The notes below the pieces were generated by a model. The model ran no database searches, was not told where the DNA came from, and was given only the letters and a program-made list of their open reading frames with translations. This document shows, in pieces, positions 25,180-33,474 of a DNA stretch of 41,974 nt (position 1 is the stretch's first letter; every line of letters begins with the position of its first letter). The stretch comes from a virus (taxonomy: Duplodnaviria > Caudoviricetes), in IMG/VR virus record IMGVR_UViG_3300044475_000019, positions 1-41,974 of that record. One strand, written 5' to 3'. The position numbers and the translations under genes were made by a program.

Positions 25180-27363
25180 ATGGGATTCACCCTCCGCCCA
25201 TACCAACAAGAGGCCGTCGATTCGGTTGTGGAGCACATCCGCCGGCGCCTATCGCCTTGCCTACTGGAACTTGCCACAGGTGCAGGCAAGAGCCTCATCG
25301 TCGCCGAGCTCGCCGCCTACATGGCCAAGGCTGCGCCAAACAAGCGCGTTCTGTGCATCGCTCCCAGCAAGGAGCTTGTGGAGCAAAACGCCGCCAAATT
25401 CCAGGCTTATGGATACCAGACAAGCATCTACTGCGCCAGCGCTGGGTCAAAATGCCTGCGCCACCAGGTTATATTCGCCAGCCCTCAGACTGCGCTCAAG
25501 AGCATAGACAAGATCGCCCACATGGGCGTAAGCGCCATCATTGTGGACGAGGCCCACGGTATCACCCCGACCATGCTTGAGCTTATCAAGCGGGTTCAGG
25601 AATACGAGCTTAACGGACAGCGCATCAACGAGCTTTTGCGGGTGATCGGCATGACGGCTACCCCATACCGGATGGGTACGGGCTACATCTACGCAGCCGA
25701 CTACACCATGGATTCGCCGCTCTTCTATGACGAGGAGAAGGCTATCGACCCTTATTACTCCCGACTGGTCTACCGGGTCACCGCTGGCGAGCTGGTGGCC
25801 CAGGGCTTTTTGACCAAGCCGGTGATCGGTGAGGATGCCGGAGAGCATTATGATACCAGCAAGCTCAAGCTAAAAATGGGAAAATTCGACTCTGCCGCAG
25901 TTGCTCTGACGTTCGAGAAGAGCACCAAGACCAAGACCATCATTGAGAAGGTGGTGAGCATGTCGGTAGGCCGGATGGGAGTGATGATTTTCGCTGCCAC
26001 CATCAGCCACGCCGAAGAGATTGCTGGATACCTGCCAGCAGACCAGTCGGCGGTGGTTACGGGTTCCACCAAAAAGAAAGACCGAGAGGCCATCATCCAG
26101 TCGTTCAAGGCGCGTAAGCTGCGGTATCTGGTCAACGTCTCTGTGCTGACCACTGGGTTTGATGCCCCGCACGTTGATGTTGTTGCCATTCTGCGCGCCA
26201 CGGAGTCGGCCGGGTTATTGCAGCAGATCATAGGCCGCGGCTTGCGCCTGCATGACGACAAGGCCGACTGTCTGGTGCTGGACTACGCCGAAAACATCAA
26301 GCGCCACGGGCTTGAGTCTGACATCTTCACGCCGGAGATCAAGACCCGCAAGGCGGCCAGCGATTCGGTGGAAATCCAGGTCGAGTGTCCGGCATGCCAC
26401 GCCATCAGCATGAAGAAAAGACGCAACGACCCGATGTATGCCGGACTGGCGCATGACAGGTTCGGCAATTTCCTTGTGTCCGGCACCGAGCGGGTGGTTG
26501 CCACTGACGCCGATGGTGACCCCTGCGAGTGGGATGGCATGGTGCTGACGACCAGGGTGATTGACCCGTCCACCAAAGATGACTTCGGCGACTGCGACAG
26601 CAAGGAGGTGCCGGTGCCGGCGCACTACTCCCGCCGCTGCAGTAACCAAGAGGCGGCGGTGATCAAGGGCGTGGCTTACCCGTGCACGCACCGGTTCTCT
26701 TTCAAGGTGTGCCGTGATTGCTTTGCCGAGAACGACATCGCGGCCCGGCACTGCACCGAGTGCAAGGTGAGGCTGGTTGACCCCAACGAGAAGCTGACAG
26801 AGAAAGCCGGAGTGGCGGGCATCATGGCAGAAGGCGAGACCAAGGATGTGCTGTGCCTCGACATCAAATATGAGCCGTATGTGGGGCAGGCCGGCAAGCA
26901 CAGCCTTAAGGTGGTCTACAAGACGGAGATCGGCGCCATCACAGCCTGGCACACCAAAGGCGCCCACTGGATCTTCAATCGCATGGCAACTGCCAACGGC
27001 TGGGAGCTGGAGACCATCGGTGACGAATACGCCGAGTGCGCCGACTGGCGGGCCGTGCCGAAGACGGTGAAGGTGAAGAAGACGATGGGGCAGAATGGTT
27101 ACTACAAATTTGAGGTGAAGGGGGTGAGCTTCACTATGCATGAATCCCAAATGGTAAGGATGAGATGGCGCGATGCGCATGAAGTTGCGGAGGGCATAGC
27201 CTCACAATACAGAACTAAAAAGCAGAGCCACATTTTTAGGTATGACGATAAATTCGTATTTGTTTTTGACCAAGACAGGAATGACTTTGTTTCCGTTCTT
27301 GCTAGAGGTGAAAACAAAAGATACGAGCAGATGATTGCCGAGTGCATGGAGACATCAAAATGA
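25180..27363 (+). CDS. SF2 DEAD/H-box helicase with Zn fingers (RadD/YejH-like)
   Basis: LRPYQ, ATGAGKS, VDEAH, MTATP, LTTGFD, QIIGRGLR, several CxxC. Confidence 0.92.
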   Translation: MGFTLRPYQQEAVDSVVEHIRRRLSPCLLELATGAGKSLIVAELAAYMAKAAPNKRVLCIAPSKELVEQNAAKFQAYGYQTSIYCASAGSKCLRHQVIFASPQTALKSIDKIAHMGVSAIIVDEAHGITPTMLELIKRVQEYELNGQRINELLRVIGMTATPYRMGTGYIYAADYTMDSPLFYDEEKAIDPYYSRLVYRVTAGELVAQGFLTKPVIGEDAGEHYDTSKLKLKMGKFDSAAVALTFEKSTKTKTIIEKVVSMSVGRMGVMIFAATISHAEEIAGYLPADQSAVVTGSTKKKDREAIIQSFKARKLRYLVNVSVLTTGFDAPHVDVVAILRATESAGLLQQIIGRGLRLHDDKADCLVLDYAENIKRHGLESDIFTPEIKTRKAASDSVEIQVECPACHAISMKKRRNDPMYAGLAHDRFGNFLVSGTERVVATDADGDPCEWDGMVLTTRVIDPSTKDDFGDCDSKEVPVPAHYSRRCSNQEAAVIKGVAYPCTHRFSFKVCRDCFAENDIAARHCTECKVRLVDPNEKLTEKAGVAGIMAEGETKDVLCLDIKYEPYVGQAGKHSLKVVYKTEIGAITAWHTKGAHWIFNRMATANGWELETIGDEYAECADWRAVPKTVKVKKTMGQNGYYKFEVKGVSFTMHESQMVRMRWRDAHEVAEGIASQYRTKKQSHIFRYDDKFVFVFDQDRNDFVSVLARGENKRYEQMIAECMETSK

Positions 27364-27779
27364 ACCTCACCACCCTATCCAAGCACACCGTACCGCTCTA
27401 CGGCGACTCATCATGGCGCGGCAAGTGCCCCATGGAGGCCGCCGAGGCGGTGAGCTTCTTCTGCCAGCTGCGAGCCGAGTTCCCCGGGCTGGCCAAGGTG
27501 GCAACCCATATCCGCAACGAGGGGAAGCGCACCAAGCGCCAGGGTTACCAGCACCAGCAGGAGGGAATGAACACCGGGGCCAGCGACGTGATCATTCCCG
27601 TGTGCCCGCCCATCGTGATGGAGATGAAGCGGCGAGACCACACGCTATCGTCTATCAGCAAGGAGCAGGTGGATTACCTGGTTGCCGCCGCTGGCGCTGG
27701 GGCGTTCCACGGCGTGGCTCTGGGTGCTGCTGGCGCGATGGAGATGGTGCGCGCATGGGTGGCCAAGCATGGTCGATGA
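27360..27779 (+). CDS. VRR-NUC family nuclease
   Basis: HIRNEG, GASD, EMK and SKEQ motifs; ATGA overlap. Confidence 0.85.
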   Translation: MNLTTLSKHTVPLYGDSSWRGKCPMEAAEAVSFFCQLRAEFPGLAKVATHIRNEGKRTKRQGYQHQQEGMNTGASDVIIPVCPPIVMEMKRRDHTLSSISKEQVDYLVAAAGAGAFHGVALGAAGAMEMVRAWVAKHGR

Positions 27780-28041
27780 GCTGAATCCCGTCCCGACCAG
27801 CAAGCGCTGGGGGCAGATGCCAAGGCACTACCACCCAGATGATGCTCAATGGGTGTCGGCGAAGCTTGGCACCCTGGATCCGTCGCTGCGGGCTGAGGTG
27901 TGCGCTGCTTACTCCAAGGCGTACCTGGAGGCGTGGCAGGAAGATCCTATTGACCACAAGCGCCACGGCGCGGCGCGGTTCAAGGCCAACACCCGGCTCC
28001 GCATCTTCATCGGAAAGAGGTTCGCGGTGTTCAACCGGTGA
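27769..28041 (+). CDS. Hypothetical protein
   Basis: MVDELNP...MPRHYHPDDAQWV...AARFKANTRLR; overlaps previous stop. Confidence 0.7.
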   Translation: MVDELNPVPTSKRWGQMPRHYHPDDAQWVSAKLGTLDPSLRAEVCAAYSKAYLEAWQEDPIDHKRHGAARFKANTRLRIFIGKRFAVFNR

Positions 28042-28072
28042 CGATAAAACGCAAAACAATAAACAAAACGCC

Positions 28073-28101
28073 TTGCAATTTATTGCGTGGCGTTTTACAT
28101 T
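28073..28101 (+). promoter_or_regulatory. Sigma70-like early promoter
   Basis: A-rich UP-like tract, TTGCAA-17 nt-TACATT. Confidence 0.65.
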
Positions 28102-28131
28102 GAAAGGGTAAACAACGCAGGAGATGGCAAT

Positions 28132-28305
28132 ATGGAAACTGAAATCGGAAGCATCGGCAACTACTACGGCGGCCTGTCCGTGAAGGTTGAGGCAGATGGG
28201 ACATTCTGGTGGGGGATCGAAAACTACGACGGAACCGAGTGGGAGCAGATTCCGCGGTCGCTCTATGATGAACTGGTGAAGTTTGGCGCGGTGGTGTCAG
28301 CATGA
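28132..28305 (+). CDS. Hypothetical protein
   Basis: METEIGSIGNYYGGL...WGIENYDG; CAGGAG upstream. Confidence 0.7.
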   Translation: METEIGSIGNYYGGLSVKVEADGTFWWGIENYDGTEWEQIPRSLYDELVKFGAVVSA

Positions 28306-28454
28306 AAACCTACCGCATCAGCGGCACCAACCGCCGTACCGGTCGATTCGAGATCGCCAACGTCCAGGGCGCTACGCCGGAGCGGGCGCGAAAATTGATG
28401 AGCATGACCCACTGCCGCATGGTGGTGTTGGATAAGAAGGGGGTGGAGCTGTGA
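28302..28454 (+). CDS. Hypothetical protein, 50 aa
   Basis: MKTYRISGTNRRTGRFE...; ATGA and GTGA overlaps at both ends. Confidence 0.65.
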   Translation: MKTYRISGTNRRTGRFEIANVQGATPERARKLMSMTHCRMVVLDKKGVEL

Positions 28455-28798
28455 TCCACTTCGTTGAAGTGAAGACCGCCGAAATGGTTGGCCCGGAGCT
28501 GGACTTACGCTTGTCAGAAGCGTCCGCGAAAAACGAGGGAAAATTATCATGCGAAGAAGAGTGTTCTTTACCGGTAGCTATTACGTTGTCCAAGAGCTTG
28601 TGCATGAGGGGTGGTTATGGTTCAAACCGAAATGGTTTCACGACGTTGAATTCCAGCCGAATTTCGCCACCGCTGAAGCGGCATTTGCTCACATGGACTT
28701 TCTTGATGCGAGAGACGAGATCCCTGTCGGGCCTGTTAGTCGAAGCTAAGCTGGGCGACGTGGTTCAGGTGCCGGCCGAGCTGGTGGTACCATCATGA
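28451..28798 (+). pseudogene. DUF2591/NinX-like gene with replaced middle (frame still open)
   Basis: Termini VEVKTAEMVGPELD and VEAKLGDVVQVPAEL look like that family; the middle is occupied by another ORF. Confidence 0.45.
28549..28749 (+). CDS. Nested hypothetical protein, 66 aa
   Basis: GAGGGA RBS; protein-like aromatic-rich sequence. Confidence 0.55.
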   Translation: MRRRVFFTGSYYVVQELVHEGWLWFKPKWFHDVEFQPNFATAEAAFAHMDFLDARDEIPVGPVSRS

Positions 28799-28998
28799 CA
28801 TTCGAACTCCGCCCCACCACCCACGAAGCCTTCGCCGAGCGCCTGCGCAGTGCCGAGGCGCGCAAGCTGGCAGAGCTGGACAGCACAACGCGCAAGCCGC
28901 GCTCGTCAGACCGTCGCCGCGCCATCAGAATGCGGGCCATTGAGGCCAAACTCGAAGAGCTGGAAATCCAGCGCAAGCACAGGGAGATTTGGGAGTGA
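28795..28998 (+). CDS. Hypothetical protein
   Basis: ATGA and GTGA overlaps; basic helical sequence. Confidence 0.7.
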   Translation: MTFELRPTTHEAFAERLRSAEARKLAELDSTTRKPRSSDRRRAIRMRAIEAKLEELEIQRKHREIWE

Positions 28999-29378
28999 AC
29001 GACAAACAGCAACTGGCAGCCATGGGTGATCACATGGCGGAACAGGCCGGGCAGGCACAACCACTTTGCATGGCAAAGCGCATCGAGGAGCTTGAGGAGC
29101 AGGTGCGGGTGATGGCGGGGCTTTTGCGGGAGGCCGTGCCGCAACTTGAGGATTACGACAACTTTGAAACGCCAGAGCTTCTCGACAAAATCGACGCCGC
29201 CCTGGCCGGCAAGCTGCCGGAGCCTGCCGCTCCGGAAGGATGGAGGCTGGTGCCGGTGGAGCTCACCGAAGAAATGACCGATCTCGCCCTGGCGCTTGAC
29301 AGTGGCTTAACCAGCCATGGCCTTGACCTGATATACCGAGCTATGCTCGCCGCCGCCCCGAAGCCGGAGGGTAAATGA
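28995..29378 (+). CDS. Hypothetical protein (PEGWRLVPVE...YRAMLAAAPKP motif)
   Basis: Motif common in Eaa-like phage proteins; GTG start. Confidence 0.75.
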   Translation: MNDKQQLAAMGDHMAEQAGQAQPLCMAKRIEELEEQVRVMAGLLREAVPQLEDYDNFETPELLDKIDAALAGKLPEPAAPEGWRLVPVELTEEMTDLALALDSGLTSHGLDLIYRAMLAAAPKPEGK

Positions 29379-29602
29379 CCCGCGCAGAGGCCCTCGCCAA
29401 CGCCGAGGCGCAATACCAGCAACACATGGCGGCCTGTGTCGCCGCACTGACGCCGGAGGCGCTGGGGCGCATCAGGCGCAACGAGGACAAGCCGCGCACA
29501 ACCTGCCGCCGCATCACCATCGAGCGCGAGCGCGGGGCTACGGTGTACCGGTCGCAGTGCCCGTATGTTGGCGTGACCAGACTGATCAAGGGGGCGCGGT
29601 GA
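29375..29602 (+). CDS. Hypothetical protein
   Basis: GGAGG RBS; coupled overlaps. Confidence 0.65.
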   Translation: MTRAEALANAEAQYQQHMAACVAALTPEALGRIRRNEDKPRTTCRRITIERERGATVYRSQCPYVGVTRLIKGAR

Positions 29603-29784
29603 CCCAGCAAAACATCGACCAAGAAATCTACCGGCATCGCCTGATCGACTACGTGAAGGAAAACAGCAACAAAAACAAGCAACAAGCAATCGACTATCTC
29701 GACCAGAACTGTCCGGCATGGCGCCAAGGCGTTGCGCCGGAGGCTGGGAAGGTTGAGGTGGATGAAACAGGAGAAGATGAATGA
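29599..29784 (+). CDS. Hypothetical protein
   Basis: GTGA overlap; MTQQNIDQEIYRHRL. Confidence 0.65.
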   Translation: MTQQNIDQEIYRHRLIDYVKENSNKNKQQAIDYLDQNCPAWRQGVAPEAGKVEVDETGEDE

Positions 29785-30095
29785 TCTACTACATCGCAGG
29801 CCCGATATCCAACTGCCTGAAAACCTACAAACAGGCGTTCTATGATGTGGCCCAGCCATTGCGCGACTCTGGCCACTCCGTGCTTGATCCATCAATGCTT
29901 CCGCCCGGGCTGAGCCAAGGCCAGTACATGCAGATCTGCCTGCCTATGGTAGCGGTGGCTGACGAGCTGGTCATGCTGCCGGGGTGGGAACAGTCGGAAG
30001 GTGCCTATATCGAGTTTTGTCTGGCCAAGAAGTCCGGCAAGACAATTCGGGATGTCGAAATGCGGGTAATTCATCAAGGAGAAAGTCATGAGTAA
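29781..30095 (+). CDS. DUF4406 family (nucleoside 2-deoxyribosyltransferase-like) protein
   Basis: YIAGPI, VLDP, YMQICLPM and MLPGWEQSEGAYIE motifs. Confidence 0.85.
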   Translation: MIYYIAGPISNCLKTYKQAFYDVAQPLRDSGHSVLDPSMLPPGLSQGQYMQICLPMVAVADELVMLPGWEQSEGAYIEFCLAKKSGKTIRDVEMRVIHQGESHE

Positions 30096-31137
30096 TATTG
30101 CAATGAATAACCAAACAGATCTGGACTGGCTGGCGCGGAATGTTCATGAGTGGCCAGCTGGTGATCATCAGCCATGGTGCTACGTGTATCAAAAAGACGG
30201 AGTGAAGAAAGTCAGTGGAAATTGCATTACGGTGATCCAGCCGTGCGTGAAGATTGACAGGGGAGACTGGCTCGCCCGCCGCGCAGAGCTGCAGAACAAG
30301 CCGAGCTGGGCTGATGCGCTGGAATGGGCGGAGTGGCTCGCTCAGGACACTGCAGGTCTGGATGGTATTGGAGCTTGGTGGTGGTACAGGGTAAAGCCTA
30401 CCAAGGGTGATCGCACATGGAGCAGTAAAGGCCATTCCAGTCGTCCAGTTCCGACAAGAGGCGAAGTCATCGGCGACTGGCGCGACACGCTGGAGAAGCG
30501 GCCTGCTGACCTCTCCGAGCCTGCCGTCACCGAGCGCCTGAACGAGGCCACCCAGACCGTGCTGGCGGCAGCCCCTGCGCTGATGGATGACAAATACCTG
30601 TTCGAGTACAACACCAAGCCGGTATCCGTGACCAACGAGACGGTGCAGCTGGAGCGGCCGATCGCTGTGGCTGGCACCGGCAACGGTTCCGCAGCCGAGT
30701 CAGCCTTCCTCATCGGGCGGGTGATTGACCTGCTGCGTACCAGCGTGGACCACTTCTCAGCGGATGAGCTCGCTGACCTGAACGAGCTCACCGGTGCCGA
30801 GCTCACCAAGCGCGACGAGCGCGTCTGTGGCGGCCAGAAGTACATCGACGCGCACTGGTACGAGCGCGGGGGGCTGCCGCCTTTCGGATTGGAGGTGGAA
30901 TGGAAGCCATGGAGTGATGCGCCCTGGGTTAAGGCCGTTATCATGGCTGACGCTGGAGATGGCGAGTACGTCATACGAGTTGATGGGGTCAAGAAAATCG
31001 TTGGCAGCCCGGCGAACTTCCGCCCCATCCGCACCGAGCGGGATGTGCTGATTGAGATCATCAAGAAGACAGATGATACCGATGACAAAATTGCCGACGC
31101 CATCCTGGCCGCCGGGTTCTCGCTGAGGGACAAATAA
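30088..31137 (+). CDS. Modular phage hypothetical protein
   Basis: 349 aa; Trp-rich modules, DWRDTLEKRP, GLPPFGLEVEW...FRPIRTE. Confidence 0.75.
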   Translation: MSNIAMNNQTDLDWLARNVHEWPAGDHQPWCYVYQKDGVKKVSGNCITVIQPCVKIDRGDWLARRAELQNKPSWADALEWAEWLAQDTAGLDGIGAWWWYRVKPTKGDRTWSSKGHSSRPVPTRGEVIGDWRDTLEKRPADLSEPAVTERLNEATQTVLAAAPALMDDKYLFEYNTKPVSVTNETVQLERPIAVAGTGNGSAAESAFLIGRVIDLLRTSVDHFSADELADLNELTGAELTKRDERVCGGQKYIDAHWYERGGLPPFGLEVEWKPWSDAPWVKAVIMADAGDGEYVIRVDGVKKIVGSPANFRPIRTERDVLIEIIKKTDDTDDKIADAILAAGFSLRDK

Positions 31138-31382
31138 TGCACCACTACCACTCCCCAATCCCGAACTGGTCGCCCTGGTGGCTCGTAGTTGTGTGGTGCG
31201 TCATCATAGCGATCCTTGGCGGGTCGCTATACCATGGTGCGCCACATCACGAGCCCGGGGTGCGTCACGCACTACCGGATCCCTACGTTCCGCAGTGCTA
31301 CGCGGTGGAATGGCGCAGCGGACAGTATTGCGAGTTCAGGAGACCACACGGCAAGGTTGACAACAAACAACAAGCAGACTAG
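31137..31382 (+). CDS. Small membrane protein
   Basis: TAATG overlap; one hydrophobic segment WWLVVVWCVIIAILGGSL. Confidence 0.65.
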   Translation: MHHYHSPIPNWSPWWLVVVWCVIIAILGGSLYHGAPHHEPGVRHALPDPYVPQCYAVEWRSGQYCEFRRPHGKVDNKQQAD

Positions 31383-31385
31383 CAT
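31357..31385 (+). promoter_or_regulatory. Near-consensus sigma70 promoter
   Basis: TTGACA-17 nt-TAGCAT. Confidence 0.75.
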
Positions 31386-31390
31386 TAAAT

Positions 31391-31496
31391 TGTCCTGTTG
31401 ATGTGCGATCTGTTCCTGTTGTTTTTCCACTGCTCTTTGATTTCATGTGTTATCTCCTGTGATAATTAAAAGCCCCTCAATGAGGGGCTTTTTTTT
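31391..31496 (+). ncRNA. Candidate anti-Shine-Dalgarno small RNA (~105 nt)
   Basis: Promoter, pyrimidine-rich body with three TCCTGT motifs, terminator; no credible plus-strand ORF. Confidence 0.65.
31468..31496. terminator. Bidirectional intrinsic terminator
   Basis: AAAAGCCCCTC-AAT-GAGGGGCTTTTTTTT. Confidence 0.85.
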
Positions 31497-31514
31497 ACAC
31501 CAGCAACATGGATG

Positions 31515-31886
31515 TCAATCCCCCTGCTTCACATGGCATATCGCCGATCCGACCTCCACGTAGCTATACAAGCGGCCAGAGTGGGCGATAATAGGCTGGA
31601 AAGTCACCCCGGCAGCGATGTTTTCACCGTATGCCTTTATCATCAGCTTGGCGTCGGCGAGCTGGGCGGGGCTCCATGATGCTGGGTCGATAGGAAGCGC
31701 TGGCCCGCTCCCCGTAGCTCCAGAAGGGAAGTCCCCATGCCAGAAATACACAGACTTATTGTCTCGGTTCTGGATTGAGATGTATCGGATCCCAGGCCGG
31801 CCTTGTGACACCAAGGTGATCCCCTCAGGAAACGTCCTGGCGATAGACTGGACTCTAGCCCTCATTGCGTCGTCCGGGTATGACAT
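31515..31886 (-). CDS. Hypothetical beta-rich protein, possibly virion-associated
   Basis: GGAGG RBS; RYISIQN...VYF..G pattern. Confidence 0.7.
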   Translation of the reverse strand: MSYPDDAMRARVQSIARTFPEGITLVSQGRPGIRYISIQNRDNKSVYFWHGDFPSGATGSGPALPIDPASWSPAQLADAKLMIKAYGENIAAGVTFQPIIAHSGRLYSYVEVGSAICHVKQGD

Positions 31887-32264
31887 CTAGAACCTCCAAA
31901 ACGTTACCCTGGCACTGACCGCACCAGTAATCCCTGAAAACTGAGCGCGGCCTTTCTCCATCCTTCCAACAAATGACGGAGGGACGTAAGTCGATAATGG
32001 CGATCCGGCATCAATGGCGTTGATGATCCCGCCAGCTGATGGGGTTACCCAGTTATTGCCCATCGGGCTGCCTCTGACGTCTACAGTCCCAGCGCCCGGT
32101 GTCACTGGAACCAACCCAGCCGCATCACTGAAGAACTCCACATACACCTGGCAGTTTGCCGCAGTGGAGGCGCCCATGCCACCCGGTGTGTAGTAGGTGC
32201 CATCCGCCACCGGCAGCACCTCACTCCCTGCCGGAGTCAGTACCGGCCATCGTTCATTTGCCAT
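31887..32264 (-). CDS. Hypothetical Gly/Thr/Pro-rich protein, possibly virion-associated
   Basis: AAGGAGG RBS; 125 aa; abuts the downstream gene. Confidence 0.75.
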   Translation of the reverse strand: MANERWPVLTPAGSEVLPVADGTYYTPGGMGASTAANCQVYVEFFSDAAGLVPVTPGAGTVDVRGSPMGNNWVTPSAGGIINAIDAGSPLSTYVPPSFVGRMEKGRAQFSGITGAVSARVTFWRF

Positions 32265-32392
32265 AAAGGCCTCCTTGGTTCACCAGCAATAATACCACCA
32301 CGTTGGAGCGGGCGCTCCACTCGCATCTCAATGGGTTCAGAATGTCAAGAAGCTGTGCGATAATGAATCAGACGAAATGACGAGGACTGACG

Positions 32393-32836
32393 ATGACCCC
32401 CAACCCCGGCCACGATGGCGGCAATGCTTACCAACTCGGAAGGATGGCCGAGGCGTTGCACCAGAACACCGTCACCCTCGCCAAATTGGTCGAGTCCGTA
32501 GACGAGAACTCCCGCAACACGGTGAGGCTATCAAACCGCCAGGATCGCATGGAGCAGGTGCTAGAGCAGCTGCAGGCAGACCAGCGAAAAATGGTAAACA
32601 TCGGCATGACCGGTCAGTCAAACGAGCAAGAGGCCCGCAAGCTTTTGGCGTGGGTCAATCAGAAGTACCAGGAAGAGCAAACGTCGTCATCATCCTGGAT
32701 CACCAGAAAGAACGCAGTCTACATATCCATCATGGTAGCCATGTTCTGGTTCATGTTTGCCCTAGTCAAAGACGCCGCCGTTGCAGAAGTTGCAACGCAA
32801 CTCAGAAATCAAACCGAAATTCGCAATAAGGGGTAA
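32393..32836 (+). CDS. Coiled-coil protein with one transmembrane segment (lysis cassette)
   Basis: GAGGA RBS; AVYISIMVAMFWFMFALV. Confidence 0.7.
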   Translation: MTPNPGHDGGNAYQLGRMAEALHQNTVTLAKLVESVDENSRNTVRLSNRQDRMEQVLEQLQADQRKMVNIGMTGQSNEQEARKLLAWVNQKYQEEQTSSSSWITRKNAVYISIMVAMFWFMFALVKDAAVAEVATQLRNQTEIRNKG

Positions 32837-32839
32837 CGC

Positions 32840-32968
32840 ATGAGCAAATGCCAATGCGAAAGCTGCAGGAAGAAAAGAGGTCGACTAGTTGGTCCCGGCC
32901 CAGGCTGGGGATATCAGCCGAAAAGCCATGGCGATAAGCCAGTCACCCCTCCACCCAAAAAGCCTTGA
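32840..32968 (+). CDS. Small basic peptide, 42 aa
   Basis: MSKCQCESCRKKRGRLVGPGPGWGYQPKSHGDKPVTPPPKKP; AAGGGG RBS; fills the gap before the endolysin. Confidence 0.6.
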   Translation: MSKCQCESCRKKRGRLVGPGPGWGYQPKSHGDKPVTPPPKKP

Positions 32969-32976
32969 GGCAACTC

Positions 32977-33474
32977 ATGAAAGACCTAACCCCAGCACAA
33001 CGCTGCGCCTCCATCATCGAATACGCCATCAACCCCGCCATGGCACTCCTGCCACCCAAGATGACCAGTGATAAGGCAACCGTCATGCTGCTGGCTATCG
33101 GCCTGCAGGAAAGCCGACTGACGCACCGGTCACAAATCGGAGGCCCGGCCAAGTCATTCCTGCAGTTCGAGTCTGGCGGTGGCGTGAAGGGTGTTATGAC
33201 CCACCCCTCATCCATCGCTCCGGCGCAATCACTGTGCCAATCTCTGGCCGTTCCATTCGAGCGCCCCGCCATATTTCAAGCCATGGAGTTCAACGACGTG
33301 CTGGCGTTCGGCCTTGGCCGCCTTCTGCTCTACACCGACCCCAAGGCGCTGCCGGAGATCGGAGATGCACAGGCGGCATGGGGCCTATATCAGCGCGTCT
33401 GGCGCCCAGGGAAGCCGCACCGGCAGACATGGGATGATCTTTACAATATCGCGGTCAAGGTGGTCACGGAATGA
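32977..33474 (+). CDS. Putative endolysin (lysozyme-like fold)
   Basis: LLAIGLQES (catalytic Glu candidate), GGPAKSFLQFE, YQRVWRPGKP; adjacent to holin-like gene. Confidence 0.75.
   Translation: MKDLTPAQRCASIIEYAINPAMALLPPKMTSDKATVMLLAIGLQESRLTHRSQIGGPAKSFLQFESGGGVKGVMTHPSSIAPAQSLCQSLAVPFERPAIFQAMEFNDVLAFGLGRLLLYTDPKALPEIGDAQAAWGLYQRVWRPGKPHRQTWDDLYNIAVKVVTE

Noticed and set aside
31336-31446. Minus-strand 36-codon ORF after CAGGAGA, or a minus-strand CsrB-like GGA-repeat RNA
   Set aside because: Lies directly behind a terminator with no evident leftward promoter, while a near-consensus rightward promoter exists; not fully excluded
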